From IMG/VR virus record IMGVR_UViG_3300025018_000101, positions 1 through 64,000 of that record: 64,000 bases of DNA, one strand, 5' to 3'. How positions within the stretch are numbered: the stretch's first letter is position 1; each line of letters begins with the position of its first letter. The notes beneath the pieces are model-generated. The model saw nothing but the letters and a program-made list of their open reading frames with translations. It was not told the DNA's origin and ran no database searches. A program made the translations under genes and the position numbers. This DNA is from a virus. Shown here one piece after another: positions 26,591 through 37,696 of the stretch.

Positions 26591-29500
26591 CGAACCCCGG
26601 TCGGGCGGACAAGGGACCCAGCATCGCGCTGAGCGACTTCTGGCAGAGCTTCTGGGACGACGGCGGCCTCAACAGCGAGACCCTGTCGGCTTTCGAGGCT
26701 TACCTGGCGGGAGCGTACCAGCGCCTGCTCAAAGGCGCTCTCGGCGTCAGCGTGGAGTCGACGCCCGCCTGGTACCGCTCATACTTCCGGCACTTCCTGT
26801 TGTCGAAGGCGGACCGTCGGTCGGTGGTCGAGGACGGCGAGACCTGGCACTACTTCCCCCTCGACGACGACATCATCGACTTGCAGGCGCTGCAGAACGC
26901 CCCCGTCAGGCCGACGGTCGTGTATGAGCGCGACGTACACCTCGGCGTGGTGACGCGCCAGGGTGTCCGGAGGCTCAGACTCCGGGTCGACCCCTTCGAC
27001 GACCCGTCGCTGAGCCGCCGAATCGAGCAGCGGCCCGCCACGGACCTTCTTGAGGGGATTGATGGGGTTGTCGAGTTCGGCTCCGCAGATGCGGACCTGC
27101 CGGACCCCGACAGCGACCCGGAGGGCTACTCGGCCGCGGTCACCGCGCGATACCTGACGCGCCGGACGTTCTCGACGGCTGGCGTCCTGCGCGTCATCCG
27201 GGACTGTACTTACGGCGTGGTCAACTGGACGGACCTCTTCGCCGGCGACGACGTCTTCGAACTGGCGGATGCCGGCCGCCAGCTTCGAGTCTACGCCCCG
27301 ACCCTGCTCGAGGTCTCCATCGTGGAGGTGCTCTCGCCCCGCAGGGTGCGCCTGTCCGGGCCCCTATCGGCGACGGCCTTGACGCTGGACGCGGCCGTGG
27401 TGGAACCCGCCCCCTTCGACGCCGGCCACGTCGGCTTCACACTCTACCTCGAGCACCCCGCCCTCGAAGAGGCGACAGGCGACTACCGTATCGTCGAGGT
27501 TCTCGACGCCAACACGGTCCTGCTCGACACGGCCGTGATCTTCAACCCTGACGACGTCGCCGACGCTGAGGCGCTCCGGTACGTACTCAAGACCCCGCGC
27601 TACGTCGAGGCGGTCCGCCTGTGGGCGGTGGACCCGCTGGTCGACCCCTCGGACCTGTCGGTGCGCTGGGGGCAGCTCGTGGGCAAGCAGCGCCCGTCCT
27701 CCTCCGCCTACCGGAGCTTCCTGCGCGGGGCGATGCTGTTCTTCTGGACTGGCCCGACGGTGCGCGCCATCAGGGCGCTGCTCAACCTGTCTGCCGGCCT
27801 CCCGGTCATCGCCACCGCCGACGAGGTCTTGACGCGCGTGGACGCTGCGGGGTCCCAGTCGGTCGTCACGACGTCGGTCTCGACGTACGTGCTCCGGACG
27901 GACCTGCTTCGGCCGGAACTCCTCGACCCGAGCAATTGGGGCAGGTATACCTTCTCGACTTTCGAGCACCTGTCGCCGGCGTTCGAGGTCGTGGACGCCA
28001 GCATCAACCCGACGTGGCTCTACGGGCTCTCGCTGCCCGAGCGCGTCGTCGACGGCACCCCCGCGCAGCGCCGCATCACGCCCGGGTTGACCCCGACGCG
28101 TCTCGACGGCGCGTGGCGAATCGGCGATCCCGGCGTGTTCATTGAGGCGGACGTTGACGGAGACGTCACGGCGCCGCTCGTGCACCGGGGGACAGACGCT
28201 TTCTGGTTCGACGACCTGTCCCCGGACGGCGCGCTGCGCTTCGTCCAGGAGCCTGTTGCACATCGCTACGCGCCTCGGTACGCCTACGTCGAGGACCGCG
28301 CCATCAGAACCGCGTACGCCGATACGACGACTGACGTCCTCGGCGTGGTGGGCGCCGTAGCGGACCTCGTGACGTACGTCTCAGGCTCCGTCGTTGACGA
28401 CGAACTGACGGCGTCGTCAACGACGGAGCTGGTGCAATGGCGCGACGAGGGTCGGTGGCTGCTGATCGGCGGGCAGTACTACAAGATCGACCGCGTCCTC
28501 TCAAGCACGACAGGGAGGCTGGTCGACGGCGCTGGCGCGCCCGCCAGCCTCCCCGCGCTGGGCGCTACGTGGCCGAAGTCTCTCCGGTACGCCATCGTGG
28601 AGCGCGCCCCGATGACGGCCCATCTTGGGTTCAAGCTGGCGCTCCTGGCGGCACCCAACGTCTTCGGCCTGGTCTACGACGCCGAGCCCTTCGTGGACGT
28701 CCTGTCGGTGCTGCAGGGCGACATCATGGACCTGATCGACAAGGGCAGGCCGGTGTGGGCTCAGCTCGTCTCGTCGCCCACCTGGGGCGTCCTCGACGTG
28801 GCGGTAAGTGTCGATGAGAGCGACGCGGTCCTGGAGTTCCCCCTGCACGCCGTGGCATCCACGCGCGACGTCCGCAGGCTCGGCGACGGGGGGTCACTGT
28901 CGGACTACTTCTTCTTCGCGGACCAGCCGTTCGAGGAGCGCTTCGAGTTCGACGACATGCAGCTCGACACGGACCCGCCGCTGGACGGCGCTGTCTTGCG
29001 CGCGGGCTGTTTCGACGGCCGAAACGCCACGTCCATCAGCGTCCGCCTGTTCTACGTGTCCGCCGACCCGGTCCTGGACGTGACGTTCGACGTCTATCAG
29101 TGGGACGGCGCAGCGCTGGACGACGTCCTTGGCTCCTGGGTTCTCACGGCGTCGACGGGTCTGGTCGTGTCGAACGACTTCGTCCCGGTGGCCGTTCCGG
29201 AGCTCGGCGAGGTGCTCCGCTTCGTGGTCACGAACCCGGCGACGGCACTGTACACCCTCGCTGTGAGCGCGGAGCGCGACTCGGTGGTCGAGTGGAGGAC
29301 CGCTGGCCACTTGCCCGCGTCCGACAAGAGCGGGGCGAGCCTCGGCGTGACGACCGAGGGCTCCGACCTCCTTGAGGCGGAAGTGTCCGCCAACTCCAGC
29401 TTCTGGCGCGACCTCGACGAGGGGCGGGTCATTTCCCTGGTCTACCCAGCTGTCCCGTCCGCAGGCCTCTCTCAGCACGCAGACGTCGTGCGGGTGGTCG

Positions 29501-30435
29501 AGGTGGTCGACTGGAACCAGGTGCGGGTCGTCGACGATTCGACCGGGTCGACGTACAGCGCACCGCGCTCCTCGTCTGACGTAGCCTGGCGGCTTGGCCC
29601 TCAGCAGGCATGGGGCCAAACGCCCCGGCGACTCTACACGCCGCCCGCGCTGACCCAGTGGGACAACGAGGTCACGTCGAGGCTCGGCCGGGCCAGTGAC
29701 GTGGCGGTGGGTCTGTCGGTGGTGTCGAGCGCGGCCGCGACCCTCCGGGCGGTCGCGCTGTCCGACTACATGCGCCACGTCTTCGCCTACGACCCCACCG
29801 CCAACCCGCTGAGCGACGACGGGACCCCCGGCGGCTCCGACGGCTCGGTCACCGCCGGCGTGGTCAACTACGCGCCCACCGGTACCGGGTCGCTCGGGCA
29901 CATGCGTGTCGAGACGTCCGCCGTGTCCACAGGGTTTGTGTCGGCCGCCAACGTCAACACGGCCCGGACGGCCGACTGCTGGTTCGAGTGCGTCATCAGC
30001 TTCCCAGAGGCGCCGCCGGCAGGGTCCCTGTTCACGCTCTTCGAGCTCGGCGCAGGCACGGCGACCGGAGGGTTCTGTCTGGTTCGCTGGTACAGCGCCA
30101 CGGACAACGTGCGCATCCTGAACGCCTCTGGCGGGTCGACGCTGATGATCCTGACGGGTCTGGACAAGGCCACGCTCCAGGCTGGGCCCGTGCAGCTCCT
30201 GTTGTACTGGGAGCACGCGGCCGCCACGTGGCACGCGCTCTGGAACGCCGGCGCGGGGGAGACGGAAGTGACCGCTGCGGCGACCGTAGGCTCAGGGTCC
30301 GTCTCGCGGTCTTTGACGGTAGGATACTCCGCCACCCAGGCATCCGCGCTGATGGCGTGCCACTTCATGGCTTTCCATCGGGGCCCGCTCACTGCTCGAC
30401 ACCGAGCCCGTTTTGACGCGGCCCGAGGACTGTAG
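26587..30435 (+). CDS. large baseplate wedge/tail protein with C-terminal lectin (LamG)-like beta domain
   Basis: Follows baseplate J; YRSFLRG..LFFWTGPT..AIRALL wedge-like motif; beta-rich C-terminus. Confidence 0.6.
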   Translation: MTNPGRADKGPSIALSDFWQSFWDDGGLNSETLSAFEAYLAGAYQRLLKGALGVSVESTPAWYRSYFRHFLLSKADRRSVVEDGETWHYFPLDDDIIDLQALQNAPVRPTVVYERDVHLGVVTRQGVRRLRLRVDPFDDPSLSRRIEQRPATDLLEGIDGVVEFGSADADLPDPDSDPEGYSAAVTARYLTRRTFSTAGVLRVIRDCTYGVVNWTDLFAGDDVFELADAGRQLRVYAPTLLEVSIVEVLSPRRVRLSGPLSATALTLDAAVVEPAPFDAGHVGFTLYLEHPALEEATGDYRIVEVLDANTVLLDTAVIFNPDDVADAEALRYVLKTPRYVEAVRLWAVDPLVDPSDLSVRWGQLVGKQRPSSSAYRSFLRGAMLFFWTGPTVRAIRALLNLSAGLPVIATADEVLTRVDAAGSQSVVTTSVSTYVLRTDLLRPELLDPSNWGRYTFSTFEHLSPAFEVVDASINPTWLYGLSLPERVVDGTPAQRRITPGLTPTRLDGAWRIGDPGVFIEADVDGDVTAPLVHRGTDAFWFDDLSPDGALRFVQEPVAHRYAPRYAYVEDRAIRTAYADTTTDVLGVVGAVADLVTYVSGSVVDDELTASSTTELVQWRDEGRWLLIGGQYYKIDRVLSSTTGRLVDGAGAPASLPALGATWPKSLRYAIVERAPMTAHLGFKLALLAAPNVFGLVYDAEPFVDVLSVLQGDIMDLIDKGRPVWAQLVSSPTWGVLDVAVSVDESDAVLEFPLHAVASTRDVRRLGDGGSLSDYFFFADQPFEERFEFDDMQLDTDPPLDGAVLRAGCFDGRNATSISVRLFYVSADPVLDVTFDVYQWDGAALDDVLGSWVLTASTGLVVSNDFVPVAVPELGEVLRFVVTNPATALYTLAVSAERDSVVEWRTAGHLPASDKSGASLGVTTEGSDLLEAEVSANSSFWRDLDEGRVISLVYPAVPSAGLSQHADVVRVVEVVDWNQVRVVDDSTGSTYSAPRSSSDVAWRLGPQQAWGQTPRRLYTPPALTQWDNEVTSRLGRASDVAVGLSVVSSAAATLRAVALSDYMRHVFAYDPTANPLSDDGTPGGSDGSVTAGVVNYAPTGTGSLGHMRVETSAVSTGFVSAANVNTARTADCWFECVISFPEAPPAGSLFTLFELGAGTATGGFCLVRWYSATDNVRILNASGGSTLMILTGLDKATLQAGPVQLLLYWEHAAATWHALWNAGAGETEVTAAATVGSGSVSRSLTVGYSATQASALMACHFMAFHRGPLTARHRARFDAARGL

Positions 30436-30537
30436 CTCAGGGCCCTCACGGAGGTTGTCCCTGCGGAGCCTGCCGTGCTACGCTGGCGTCCACTGGTGGG
30501 TACCGCACGGTTGCGCCCGCCGCGTCAAGAGGTCGAG

Positions 30538-31110
30538 ATGCTCAAGCACACGTGTGGAATGCTGGGGGTGATCGAGGTCGAGCGGGTGTGCAAGGCCACC
30601 GGCGAACGCGTCGCGACTTCGCGCCTGAACACGCTGACGGACAACATGTTCGACGTGCTGCTCGAGCTCCTCGGGCAACTGGCTACGACCACCCCCTCCA
30701 ACGAGCGCCTGCACTCGATCTGGATTGAGACCGACAACCCGACCATCCCTGACGTGTTGGGCACGGACGATGGCCCTGACGCCGGCAGTACGGTGCTCAT
30801 CCAGTACGTCTTCGAGGACGTCGACAAGACGTTCGCCACGGTGAACACGTCCATCGGCCCCCTCGCGGCTATCGCGTGCGCGGTGTCCATTGACGGCGAC
30901 ACGTACGACGGCAGTACGGTGTACGCCGCGGGGCTCTACACGCGCGGCACGTCGTCTACGCCCCCGAACCCGGCGCTGTGGACGCCGGGAGACGCGGGCG
31001 TCCGCCTCATCGCCCGGCAGCTCGTGGGCCCGCTGCCGATCGTGTCCGGCTTCGTCTTCAACCTGACCTGGAAGATCGCCTTCGGGCGCCTCCCTGAGGA
31101 GCTCCTCTGA
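30538..31110 (+). CDS. tail-fibre/baseplate-associated structural protein
   Basis: NTLT, AAGLY and RLIARQL...FNLTWKIAF motifs typical of fibre-attachment proteins. Confidence 0.55.
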   Translation: MLKHTCGMLGVIEVERVCKATGERVATSRLNTLTDNMFDVLLELLGQLATTTPSNERLHSIWIETDNPTIPDVLGTDDGPDAGSTVLIQYVFEDVDKTFATVNTSIGPLAAIACAVSIDGDTYDGSTVYAAGLYTRGTSSTPPNPALWTPGDAGVRLIARQLVGPLPIVSGFVFNLTWKIAFGRLPEELL

Positions 31111-34100
31111 TGGCTGACCTCGTGAACATCTCCTTTGAGGCAGGCGACGACACCGGCGACAACGACCCGTCGTCCATCACGCCGCTGCAGGCGGCCGAAC
31201 TGGCGCTGCCAGAGACCTTCAACCGCCCCACCGAGAAGCTCCGTGTCCGCACCGAGCGTCTGCGGTCGGACCTGAACAAGGCCCTGTGGCTTCAGCGCTT
31301 CGGCCGATGGACCCTCAGGTCGACCAGTCAGGTCACTCCCACCGAGGTCGTCTGGCCCGGGCCATACGACGGGGTCGACCCGCTGCTCGGCCTGTTCACG
31401 CTCAGCGACGACGTCATCCTCGAGGGCATCATCGGCCCCGGCGAGAGCCGCGGCGGCACCGACGAGCTCGGCGGCGCGCCTTACCCGAGCCGTGGCGCGT
31501 TCGGGTCGCTGGTGTTCGGCGCAGACACGCTCCTCCTGAACGCCGTCGGCGGCGAGGAGGACGGCGCGAACTGGCTGACCATCGAGGTCGAGGTCGGCAC
31601 AACGGTGCTCGCCGCGCCGACCATCGTCGTCTCCGGGACGTCCCCCGCGGCCGAGGATGCGGGCTTTGTCCCGGATGCCTCGCACATCCTCGTCACGCTC
31701 TCCTCCGACGCCACGCACACGACCCAGGACGTCATCGACGCCTTGACCGCCGACGTCACCGCGTCGGCGCTTGTCACTGCGTCGCTCGTCCTCGGTGCCG
31801 GTACGGAGGTCGCCACGGCGGTGGCGCGAACCGACTTCAACCCGGGGCTCAACGCCGTTCGCATGACGCTCTCCCCTGCGGTCGTCGCAGCGTTCTTCGC
31901 CACGGCGACAGGCAATCTGCTGCGGGACGGCGACACGCTGGGCGTCTACCTGTCCTCGGTCGTCACGCTGCTCTCCAAGCGCACCGAGGGCACCGTCGCG
32001 CTCCTGGCCACGGAGCTGGTCAACACGACCCGCTACCCCCACTACGCGCAGCAGGTCATCCCCCTGTGCCGGGCGTTCGGCAACGACCTGCACTTCGTCA
32101 ACGGCGTCGTCGTCACGGCGACCTCGGCGCCGTTCCTCGAGTTCGTCATCGACCCCTCGCACGCCCAGGCCCTGCGCACCCCCGACAACTCGCTGGACAC
32201 CATCACGGTGGACGCACCCACCGTGCGGGGGCAACTGTACCAACTGGCGCAGAACTTCGACGCGCTCTACCAGGGCACGTCCACTGGATTCTTCCAGTTG
32301 GGTATCAACACCCCGGCGGGTCCGTCTGAGCGCCTTCACATCTACGACGAGACCACCCTCGACGCGACCATCCTCTTCCAGCAGGGCAACACGACTCCGG
32401 CGTCGTCCCAGCGGTACGGCACGATCGAGTTCTCCTCGCTCGAGACCGCGGCGCCGGGCAAGGTCGCCGAAGTGCGCGTCGCCCGAGCAGGCGCCGCCGG
32501 CGTGGGCCGCCTGGACTTTTACCTGGCCCCCTCCGACGCCCCGGCGGCCCCCGCGCGCCTCCTGTCCCTGGTGGACCGTGAGGTGGGCGTCTCCAACGGC
32601 CTGGCGACGCTGTCGTATGACAAGGTCACCAACCCGACGCACGGGGAACTGAACTTCCATCAAGACTCGACCGCCCCCGCGCCAGGGGACGCGCTCGGAC
32701 GCATCTCCTTCTTCGACACGTGGGACAACGGCGAGCGGCAGGTGGCCCTCGACGTCGTGCGCAACGCTGCCGGCGATGGGCAGGACCTGGTGTGGTGGAA
32801 TCAGCCGTCCGCGGGCACGGACGTCGTGGACACGGCGACGAACGAGCGGATGCGACTGACCGCGGACGGCAGGCTCGGCATAGGCTACTACGGCGCCGCA
32901 TCGATGGCGACGGCTCCCCACCTGCAAGTGTTCGGGGTCAGCAAGGCCAGCTCCGGCACGACCGACTCCCTGGCACTCGTCCGAGACGCGCCATTCTTGA
33001 CCGCGGACGCCATGGCGATCCGCCAGACCGCACTCATCCCGGACGCCAACGGGGACTTCCAGATCGCCTCCGCGTTCAAGACCACGATGGAGAACCGGAC
33101 CGCGGGCAACGAGACCTCGCGGTTTGACCTCCTGCTCTTCGCCGGGGCGACGACCTGGACGGCGCTGACTCTCAGGTCCGCGAACGGGTCGGCAGAGAGT
33201 ACGGCTGCGCACGCGGCTGCGGGGGACGACTGGGACAACACGTTTTCGGCGTTCACCCCACTCGAGCGTCACGTCCTCCAGGGTCGGAAGCCGTCCGGCG
33301 CCGGCGAGGACGAGGGCGTCGCATCGGTCGTCTACAACAGCCTCGTGTCCGCGACGGAGGGCGACCGCCGGACCTCGTTCATCCTCGGTGGGTACACCAC
33401 CGCGGGGGCGGCCTTTGAGCAGGCTGCGTTCCGCGCGGACAACCCCGCAGGGCTGGCCGACGGGAACGACAGGACGTCGCAGGTCACACTGTTCGTCAAC
33501 GACGACACGTCGAACTACGCCTTCGACGGGGCGTCGTTCAACTTCAACGCTGCGGGCAAGTTCAGCGCCACGACCGTAGACGCCACCACGCTGCAGGGCA
33601 CCTCGGTCAGCGCGACCAACGTGGACGCGACCAACGAGATGACCGCGAACTGGGTGTCCGCTCGGAACACGGCGAAGGCGCTTGCCGTCATCCAGATGGC
33701 GGCCACCTCGGTGACGGCGCACCCGAATACGGACGGCATCGTCAAGGCCCTCAACATCGACAGCGTCCAGCGCATCCAGAAGGGGTACGTCGAGGTGCAG
33801 TTCGGCCCCGCCCTCCCCCTGAGCGGGAACGCGACGATCGTGGCGACGATCTCAGACACCCTGGGAACGCTCGCCACGATCCGCGCGGTGCAGACGACCG
33901 CGACAACGGCGACGGTCCGCGCGGTGCACCTGACGGGCGGTGACGCGAATCTGTGGAACGTCGCCATCTCCAACCCCGGGAACACGGCAGACGTGCACAC
34001 CGTCACGATCCTGGGCACGGCGGTGGACTACGTCGTGCAGCCCGGCGACGTCGTCACCGACGTGGTCAACAACCTCATCGCCAACATCCAGGCGGCCGCT

Positions 34101-34298
34101 CTCCCTGTGTGGCTCACGGACAATGGACCGGACTTCGACATCCTGGCGAGCACGGAGGGCCTGCCACTGGGGGTGACCTACGGCGGCACTGGTGTGGCGA
34201 CTGGGGTCGCGACGGAGAGTACTCCTGAGACCGTGGGCACGCTGCAGGCGTACGACTGCCTGTTCACCCTCGCGGTCTACCATCCGAATTACCCCTGA
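31110..34298 (+). CDS. tail fibre protein
   Basis: ERMRLTADGRLGIG fibre repeat, repeated GTIEF/GRISF modules, ALNIDSVQRIQKGYVEVQF motif. Confidence 0.7.
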   Translation: MADLVNISFEAGDDTGDNDPSSITPLQAAELALPETFNRPTEKLRVRTERLRSDLNKALWLQRFGRWTLRSTSQVTPTEVVWPGPYDGVDPLLGLFTLSDDVILEGIIGPGESRGGTDELGGAPYPSRGAFGSLVFGADTLLLNAVGGEEDGANWLTIEVEVGTTVLAAPTIVVSGTSPAAEDAGFVPDASHILVTLSSDATHTTQDVIDALTADVTASALVTASLVLGAGTEVATAVARTDFNPGLNAVRMTLSPAVVAAFFATATGNLLRDGDTLGVYLSSVVTLLSKRTEGTVALLATELVNTTRYPHYAQQVIPLCRAFGNDLHFVNGVVVTATSAPFLEFVIDPSHAQALRTPDNSLDTITVDAPTVRGQLYQLAQNFDALYQGTSTGFFQLGINTPAGPSERLHIYDETTLDATILFQQGNTTPASSQRYGTIEFSSLETAAPGKVAEVRVARAGAAGVGRLDFYLAPSDAPAAPARLLSLVDREVGVSNGLATLSYDKVTNPTHGELNFHQDSTAPAPGDALGRISFFDTWDNGERQVALDVVRNAAGDGQDLVWWNQPSAGTDVVDTATNERMRLTADGRLGIGYYGAASMATAPHLQVFGVSKASSGTTDSLALVRDAPFLTADAMAIRQTALIPDANGDFQIASAFKTTMENRTAGNETSRFDLLLFAGATTWTALTLRSANGSAESTAAHAAAGDDWDNTFSAFTPLERHVLQGRKPSGAGEDEGVASVVYNSLVSATEGDRRTSFILGGYTTAGAAFEQAAFRADNPAGLADGNDRTSQVTLFVNDDTSNYAFDGASFNFNAAGKFSATTVDATTLQGTSVSATNVDATNEMTANWVSARNTAKALAVIQMAATSVTAHPNTDGIVKALNIDSVQRIQKGYVEVQFGPALPLSGNATIVATISDTLGTLATIRAVQTTATTATVRAVHLTGGDANLWNVAISNPGNTADVHTVTILGTAVDYVVQPGDVVTDVVNNLIANIQAAALPVWLTDNGPDFDILASTEGLPLGVTYGGTGVATGVATESTPETVGTLQAYDCLFTLAVYHPNYP

Positions 34299-34306
34299 GG
34301 TTTGAC

Positions 34307-34702
34307 GTGGAAGCCTACCTCCTCCAGGCCCGCGAGACCTGGTCCACCTGGCCCCTGTGGAAGAAGCTCCTCCTGGGCATCCCCATCGGCCTCGGCCTGC
34401 TGGCCTTCGCGCTGCTCGCGGCCTCGAGCCGCAAGCCAGACCCGGCGCAGGCGGCCGTCAAGGGGTTCACCGAGCACGCCGCCAGGGATGCCGACGTCCT
34501 CGCCCGCGACCTGCGCGGCGTGAAGAAGGACGCCGCGGCCGTCGTCGTAGAGAGCGCGGCGGTGGACGACGTCGTCGACATCTACGCCGACGCGGTGGAG
34601 GACAGCGTCGAGGCGCATCGCGCCTGGGCGGAGGAGGTCAACAGGGCGTCCTCGATCCCCGAGCTGGAAGCGCTCGCAGACCGCCGTCGGAACGAAGACT
34701 GA
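34307..34702 (+). CDS. membrane-anchored protein (spanin/holin-like)
   Basis: Single N-terminal hydrophobic helix followed by a coiled coil. Confidence 0.5.
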   Translation: MEAYLLQARETWSTWPLWKKLLLGIPIGLGLLAFALLAASSRKPDPAQAAVKGFTEHAARDADVLARDLRGVKKDAAAVVVESAAVDDVVDIYADAVEDSVEAHRAWAEEVNRASSIPELEALADRRRNED

Positions 34703-34717
34703 GACAGGAGGCGAGGC

Positions 34718-35074
34718 ATGGCGGTAACGCTCACAGGCGAGGTCACCAAGACCATTGTATCGGAGACCGAGTTCCAGCTTGACTGGAGCATTACCGTGGC
34801 GTCGGAGATCCCCGCGGAGGTCTTCGTGGTGCGCGCGGAGGACGACTCGTTCTACCGCGTCGCTCAGATCGAAGACTTCGAGCTACCCACGGCGCCCGAG
34901 ATCCTGTCCTACGTGCACTACCGGCGCGCGGATATGAGCGTGACGGTGTCGTCCTACACCGCGGCCCTGGCGCACGAGGTCATCGTCCGCGCCGACCTGG
35001 CGTCGTTGGCTGCGACGTACGAGGCGGGCACGGATGCGTGGTCTGGCACCGAGCCCTTCACCTACCCGGAGTGA
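34718..35074 (+). CDS. hypothetical structural protein
   Basis: AGGAGG RBS; resembles the N-terminal part of the next gene (VF..R..D..F/L.RVA...D). Confidence 0.6.
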   Translation: MAVTLTGEVTKTIVSETEFQLDWSITVASEIPAEVFVVRAEDDSFYRVAQIEDFELPTAPEILSYVHYRRADMSVTVSSYTAALAHEVIVRADLASLAATYEAGTDAWSGTEPFTYPE

Positions 35075-35083
35075 GGCTGACCC

Positions 35084-36148
35084 ATGCCGATCCTCGACAT
35101 CCCACCTGACCTCGTCGCTCCGTCCGGCCCCACGCTCGGGACGCAGCGTCGACGGGCGACGGCCTCGGGCGGCCGTCTCGTCTACGAGACCGAGACGTGG
35201 GTCACCTACCAGGGCGACCTGCCAGACGTCGGCGTCTTCACTTACCGCATCGCGGACCCGGCCGACCCTACGACCGACGTCCTGATGCGCGTGGCGACCC
35301 CGGCGGACCTGGTCACGTGGGGCGCCGACCGGTGGGCGGCTGTGGACGCGGGCGAGGGCTACTTCCGCCAGGGGTACCTCCTACGGCAGTTCACCGACGT
35401 TCGGGCGGCCACCCAGGACGCCCAGGTGGTCCAGGAGCTCGTCGACCTGCTCGTGACGACCTGGGCGACCTACCAGGACGAGTTCACCACTGAGGCGCTC
35501 GTCGGCGGGGTTGAGGACCTGTCCTGGCCCTTGCCTGACGCCACCCTGCTCGAGGGCCTCGTGGCGACCTACGACGAGGCGGTCACCGCTCGCGCGGCCA
35601 AGGCGGAGGAACTGGTCGACAAGGCGACGGAGGTCACCGCAGCGGCCGCTCGCGCCGCCGAACTCGACGCCGACGTCCTGGCGCTCACCGCAGCCGCGGA
35701 CCAGGCATCTGCGGTCTCCGACACGCTCACCAACTCCCTGGCGGGCTTCGTCCTGTTCTCCACGGACGCGGCCGCGTTCGCTGCCAACGTCGAGGGCGGA
35801 ACCGACGTCTACCAGGACACGGCGACGGCCTCGGACCCCGCGTGGGCGTGGTTCAAGGCCGAAGGGATCGTACCGCTGGCGAAGGCGGACTTCGACGCCA
35901 GCATCGCGAGCGCGGCGGCGTACATCGCCGAGATGCGGAGGCAGACGGCCAACGCCTCGGATGTCTACGCCGCCCTGGCGGCCCAGGTCGTGTCGCGCAC
36001 CTCAGCCCTGACGGTCGCGCGCCAGACCCTGGCGACGGCATCGACCGAGAAGATCACGCTCCAGTACGAACTCAATGCCCTTACCGCCGAGGTCGCCGCG
36101 GCTACGGCAGCCGTCCTGGCCGTGGACTCGGGCTACAGCTTCACCTAA
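35084..36148 (+). CDS. hypothetical structural protein with C-terminal coiled coil
   Basis: GAGG RBS; last gene of the structural run. Confidence 0.65.
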   Translation: MPILDIPPDLVAPSGPTLGTQRRRATASGGRLVYETETWVTYQGDLPDVGVFTYRIADPADPTTDVLMRVATPADLVTWGADRWAAVDAGEGYFRQGYLLRQFTDVRAATQDAQVVQELVDLLVTTWATYQDEFTTEALVGGVEDLSWPLPDATLLEGLVATYDEAVTARAAKAEELVDKATEVTAAAARAAELDADVLALTAAADQASAVSDTLTNSLAGFVLFSTDAAAFAANVEGGTDVYQDTATASDPAWAWFKAEGIVPLAKADFDASIASAAAYIAEMRRQTANASDVYAALAAQVVSRTSALTVARQTLATASTEKITLQYELNALTAEVAAATAAVLAVDSGYSFT

Positions 36149-36180
36149 AAGAAAGCCCCCGGCAGGTGCCGGGGGCTTTC
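36145..36180 (-). terminator. intrinsic terminator (hairpin + TTTTAG) at a convergent junction
   Basis: CTAAAA-GAAAGCCCCCGGCA GG TGCCGGGGGCTTTC perfect stem. Confidence 0.85.
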
Positions 36181-36196
36181 GCCCCGCTCGATGTGC

Positions 36197-37696
36197 TCAG
36201 AACCCGGCGGCGCGCGCGAGCGCGCCTGGGCCGTACCCGCCGATGACGTACACGACGCGGCCGGGCGTCTCCGTCCGTTTGGCCTTGTGCGAGAGGCCGT
36301 GGCTCACGTGCCGGATGAGCACGAAGGCCAGGTCGCCCTCGCCGAGGCGCCCGATCGCCGAGCAGACGGTGTCGTCTGGCACTCCCGAGGGGAGCCAGAC
36401 GGCGTCGTTGGCCGCGTATGCGCCCGTCAGCGCTTTCGTGATCGCCGGCCGGGCGGCGCCGCCGACGATCAGGATGTTCCGACCCTTGAAGGGCGACCCG
36501 TCGACCTCCGGGTCCTCGGCGTCCTCCTCGGCCTGCGCCGCGGCCAGGAACCTCTTGACCGCGGACTTGACGGGCTTTGCGCTCCTGGTGTTCCACACGG
36601 ACACCGGGAGGGTCGCCAGCGCCCCGAGTACGCGCTGGTCGAGGGCCATGCCCTCTTGCACGGCGTCGGCGACCGCGTCGCGGAGGGCGTTCCGCGTCAA
36701 GGTCCCGTCCTGCTCCGCGTCGAGCCACATCTCGACGCGCGCCTGCCCGGCCCCCTGCGTCACGACGTTCGGGTCGTCAACCCCGAACGCCAGCAGCTCC
36801 GACAGCGCGTACTCCGCGTCGTCGGACCAGGAGCCGCCCGAGCGCGGCTCCTGGTCACGGCCAAAGCCGTGGATGAAGCCGCATTTGAGGTCGTCCGCGA
36901 CACACCGGGTGCGGACGAACAGGTTCCACTGCTTCAACTGGGCAGTGTGCCCAGGCGTCGGAGCGCAACCGCCGAGGTGGCGGAGGCGCGCCGCGGCGTA
37001 CCGGAGCAGCTCCCGCTGCACGTCCAGGGGCTGCGACTGAGCCGCAACCCAGACTGCGGCCACCGCCTCCCGGGCTCGGCCCGCCTCGGCCTCCCAGTTG
37101 TCGGCCTTGGAGAGCCACGAGGCCGCCGGGATCCTCCCGTACCCTCGGAGGAACTCGGAGACCGCCCTGCGGTCTACGGCGGGTTCCTCCCGCCCCCTCT
37201 CCTCCGCGAGTTCGAGCTCGAGGCGCGCGAGCTCCTGGCGTCGCTCCGCCAGGAGACCGACCTGATGGCCGGCCGCTTCGAGGAGGCCGGCGACCTCCCT
37301 CTTCCGGTCGGCCTCGAGGGCCGCCGACTCCTCAAGCGCGCGCCGACCCTCCGCCGCCTCCAGGGCCGCCTCCTGGTACCTGGCCGTCGCGGCCGCCGCC
37401 AACGCCGAGGCGTTGTCGGCGTTGGCGACGAGCGCCACGGCCTCCGCCTCCAGCTCCTGGATGCGGGCGAACAGCTCCGCCTCCAGGGAGGGGTCGGCCA
37501 TCGGGGCCGCGACGGGAGGCGCAAGCACCACCTCGCCCTTGTAGACCGCGCGGCCGAGGTCCTGGAGGGCGCCCTTGAGCGCCTCCGAGGCCTCGACCAT
37601 GTCGGCCCGCTTACCGCCCCCGAGGGCGGTGTTGATGACGGCCGCTTCGCGGGCGGCGACGGCGGAGAGGAGCGCCTCGAATTTTGCCTGGGACAT
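36197..37696 (-). CDS. coiled-coil protein with C-terminal DUF2325-like domain
   Basis: Start MSQAKF with GGAG RBS; NILIVGG...AFVLIRHVSHGL motif. Confidence 0.65.
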   Translation of the reverse strand: MSQAKFEALLSAVAAREAAVINTALGGGKRADMVEASEALKGALQDLGRAVYKGEVVLAPPVAAPMADPSLEAELFARIQELEAEAVALVANADNASALAAAATARYQEAALEAAEGRRALEESAALEADRKREVAGLLEAAGHQVGLLAERRQELARLELELAEERGREEPAVDRRAVSEFLRGYGRIPAASWLSKADNWEAEAGRAREAVAAVWVAAQSQPLDVQRELLRYAAARLRHLGGCAPTPGHTAQLKQWNLFVRTRCVADDLKCGFIHGFGRDQEPRSGGSWSDDAEYALSELLAFGVDDPNVVTQGAGQARVEMWLDAEQDGTLTRNALRDAVADAVQEGMALDQRVLGALATLPVSVWNTRSAKPVKSAVKRFLAAAQAEEDAEDPEVDGSPFKGRNILIVGGAARPAITKALTGAYAANDAVWLPSGVPDDTVCSAIGRLGEGDLAFVLIRHVSHGLSHKAKRTETPGRVVYVIGGYGPGALARAAGF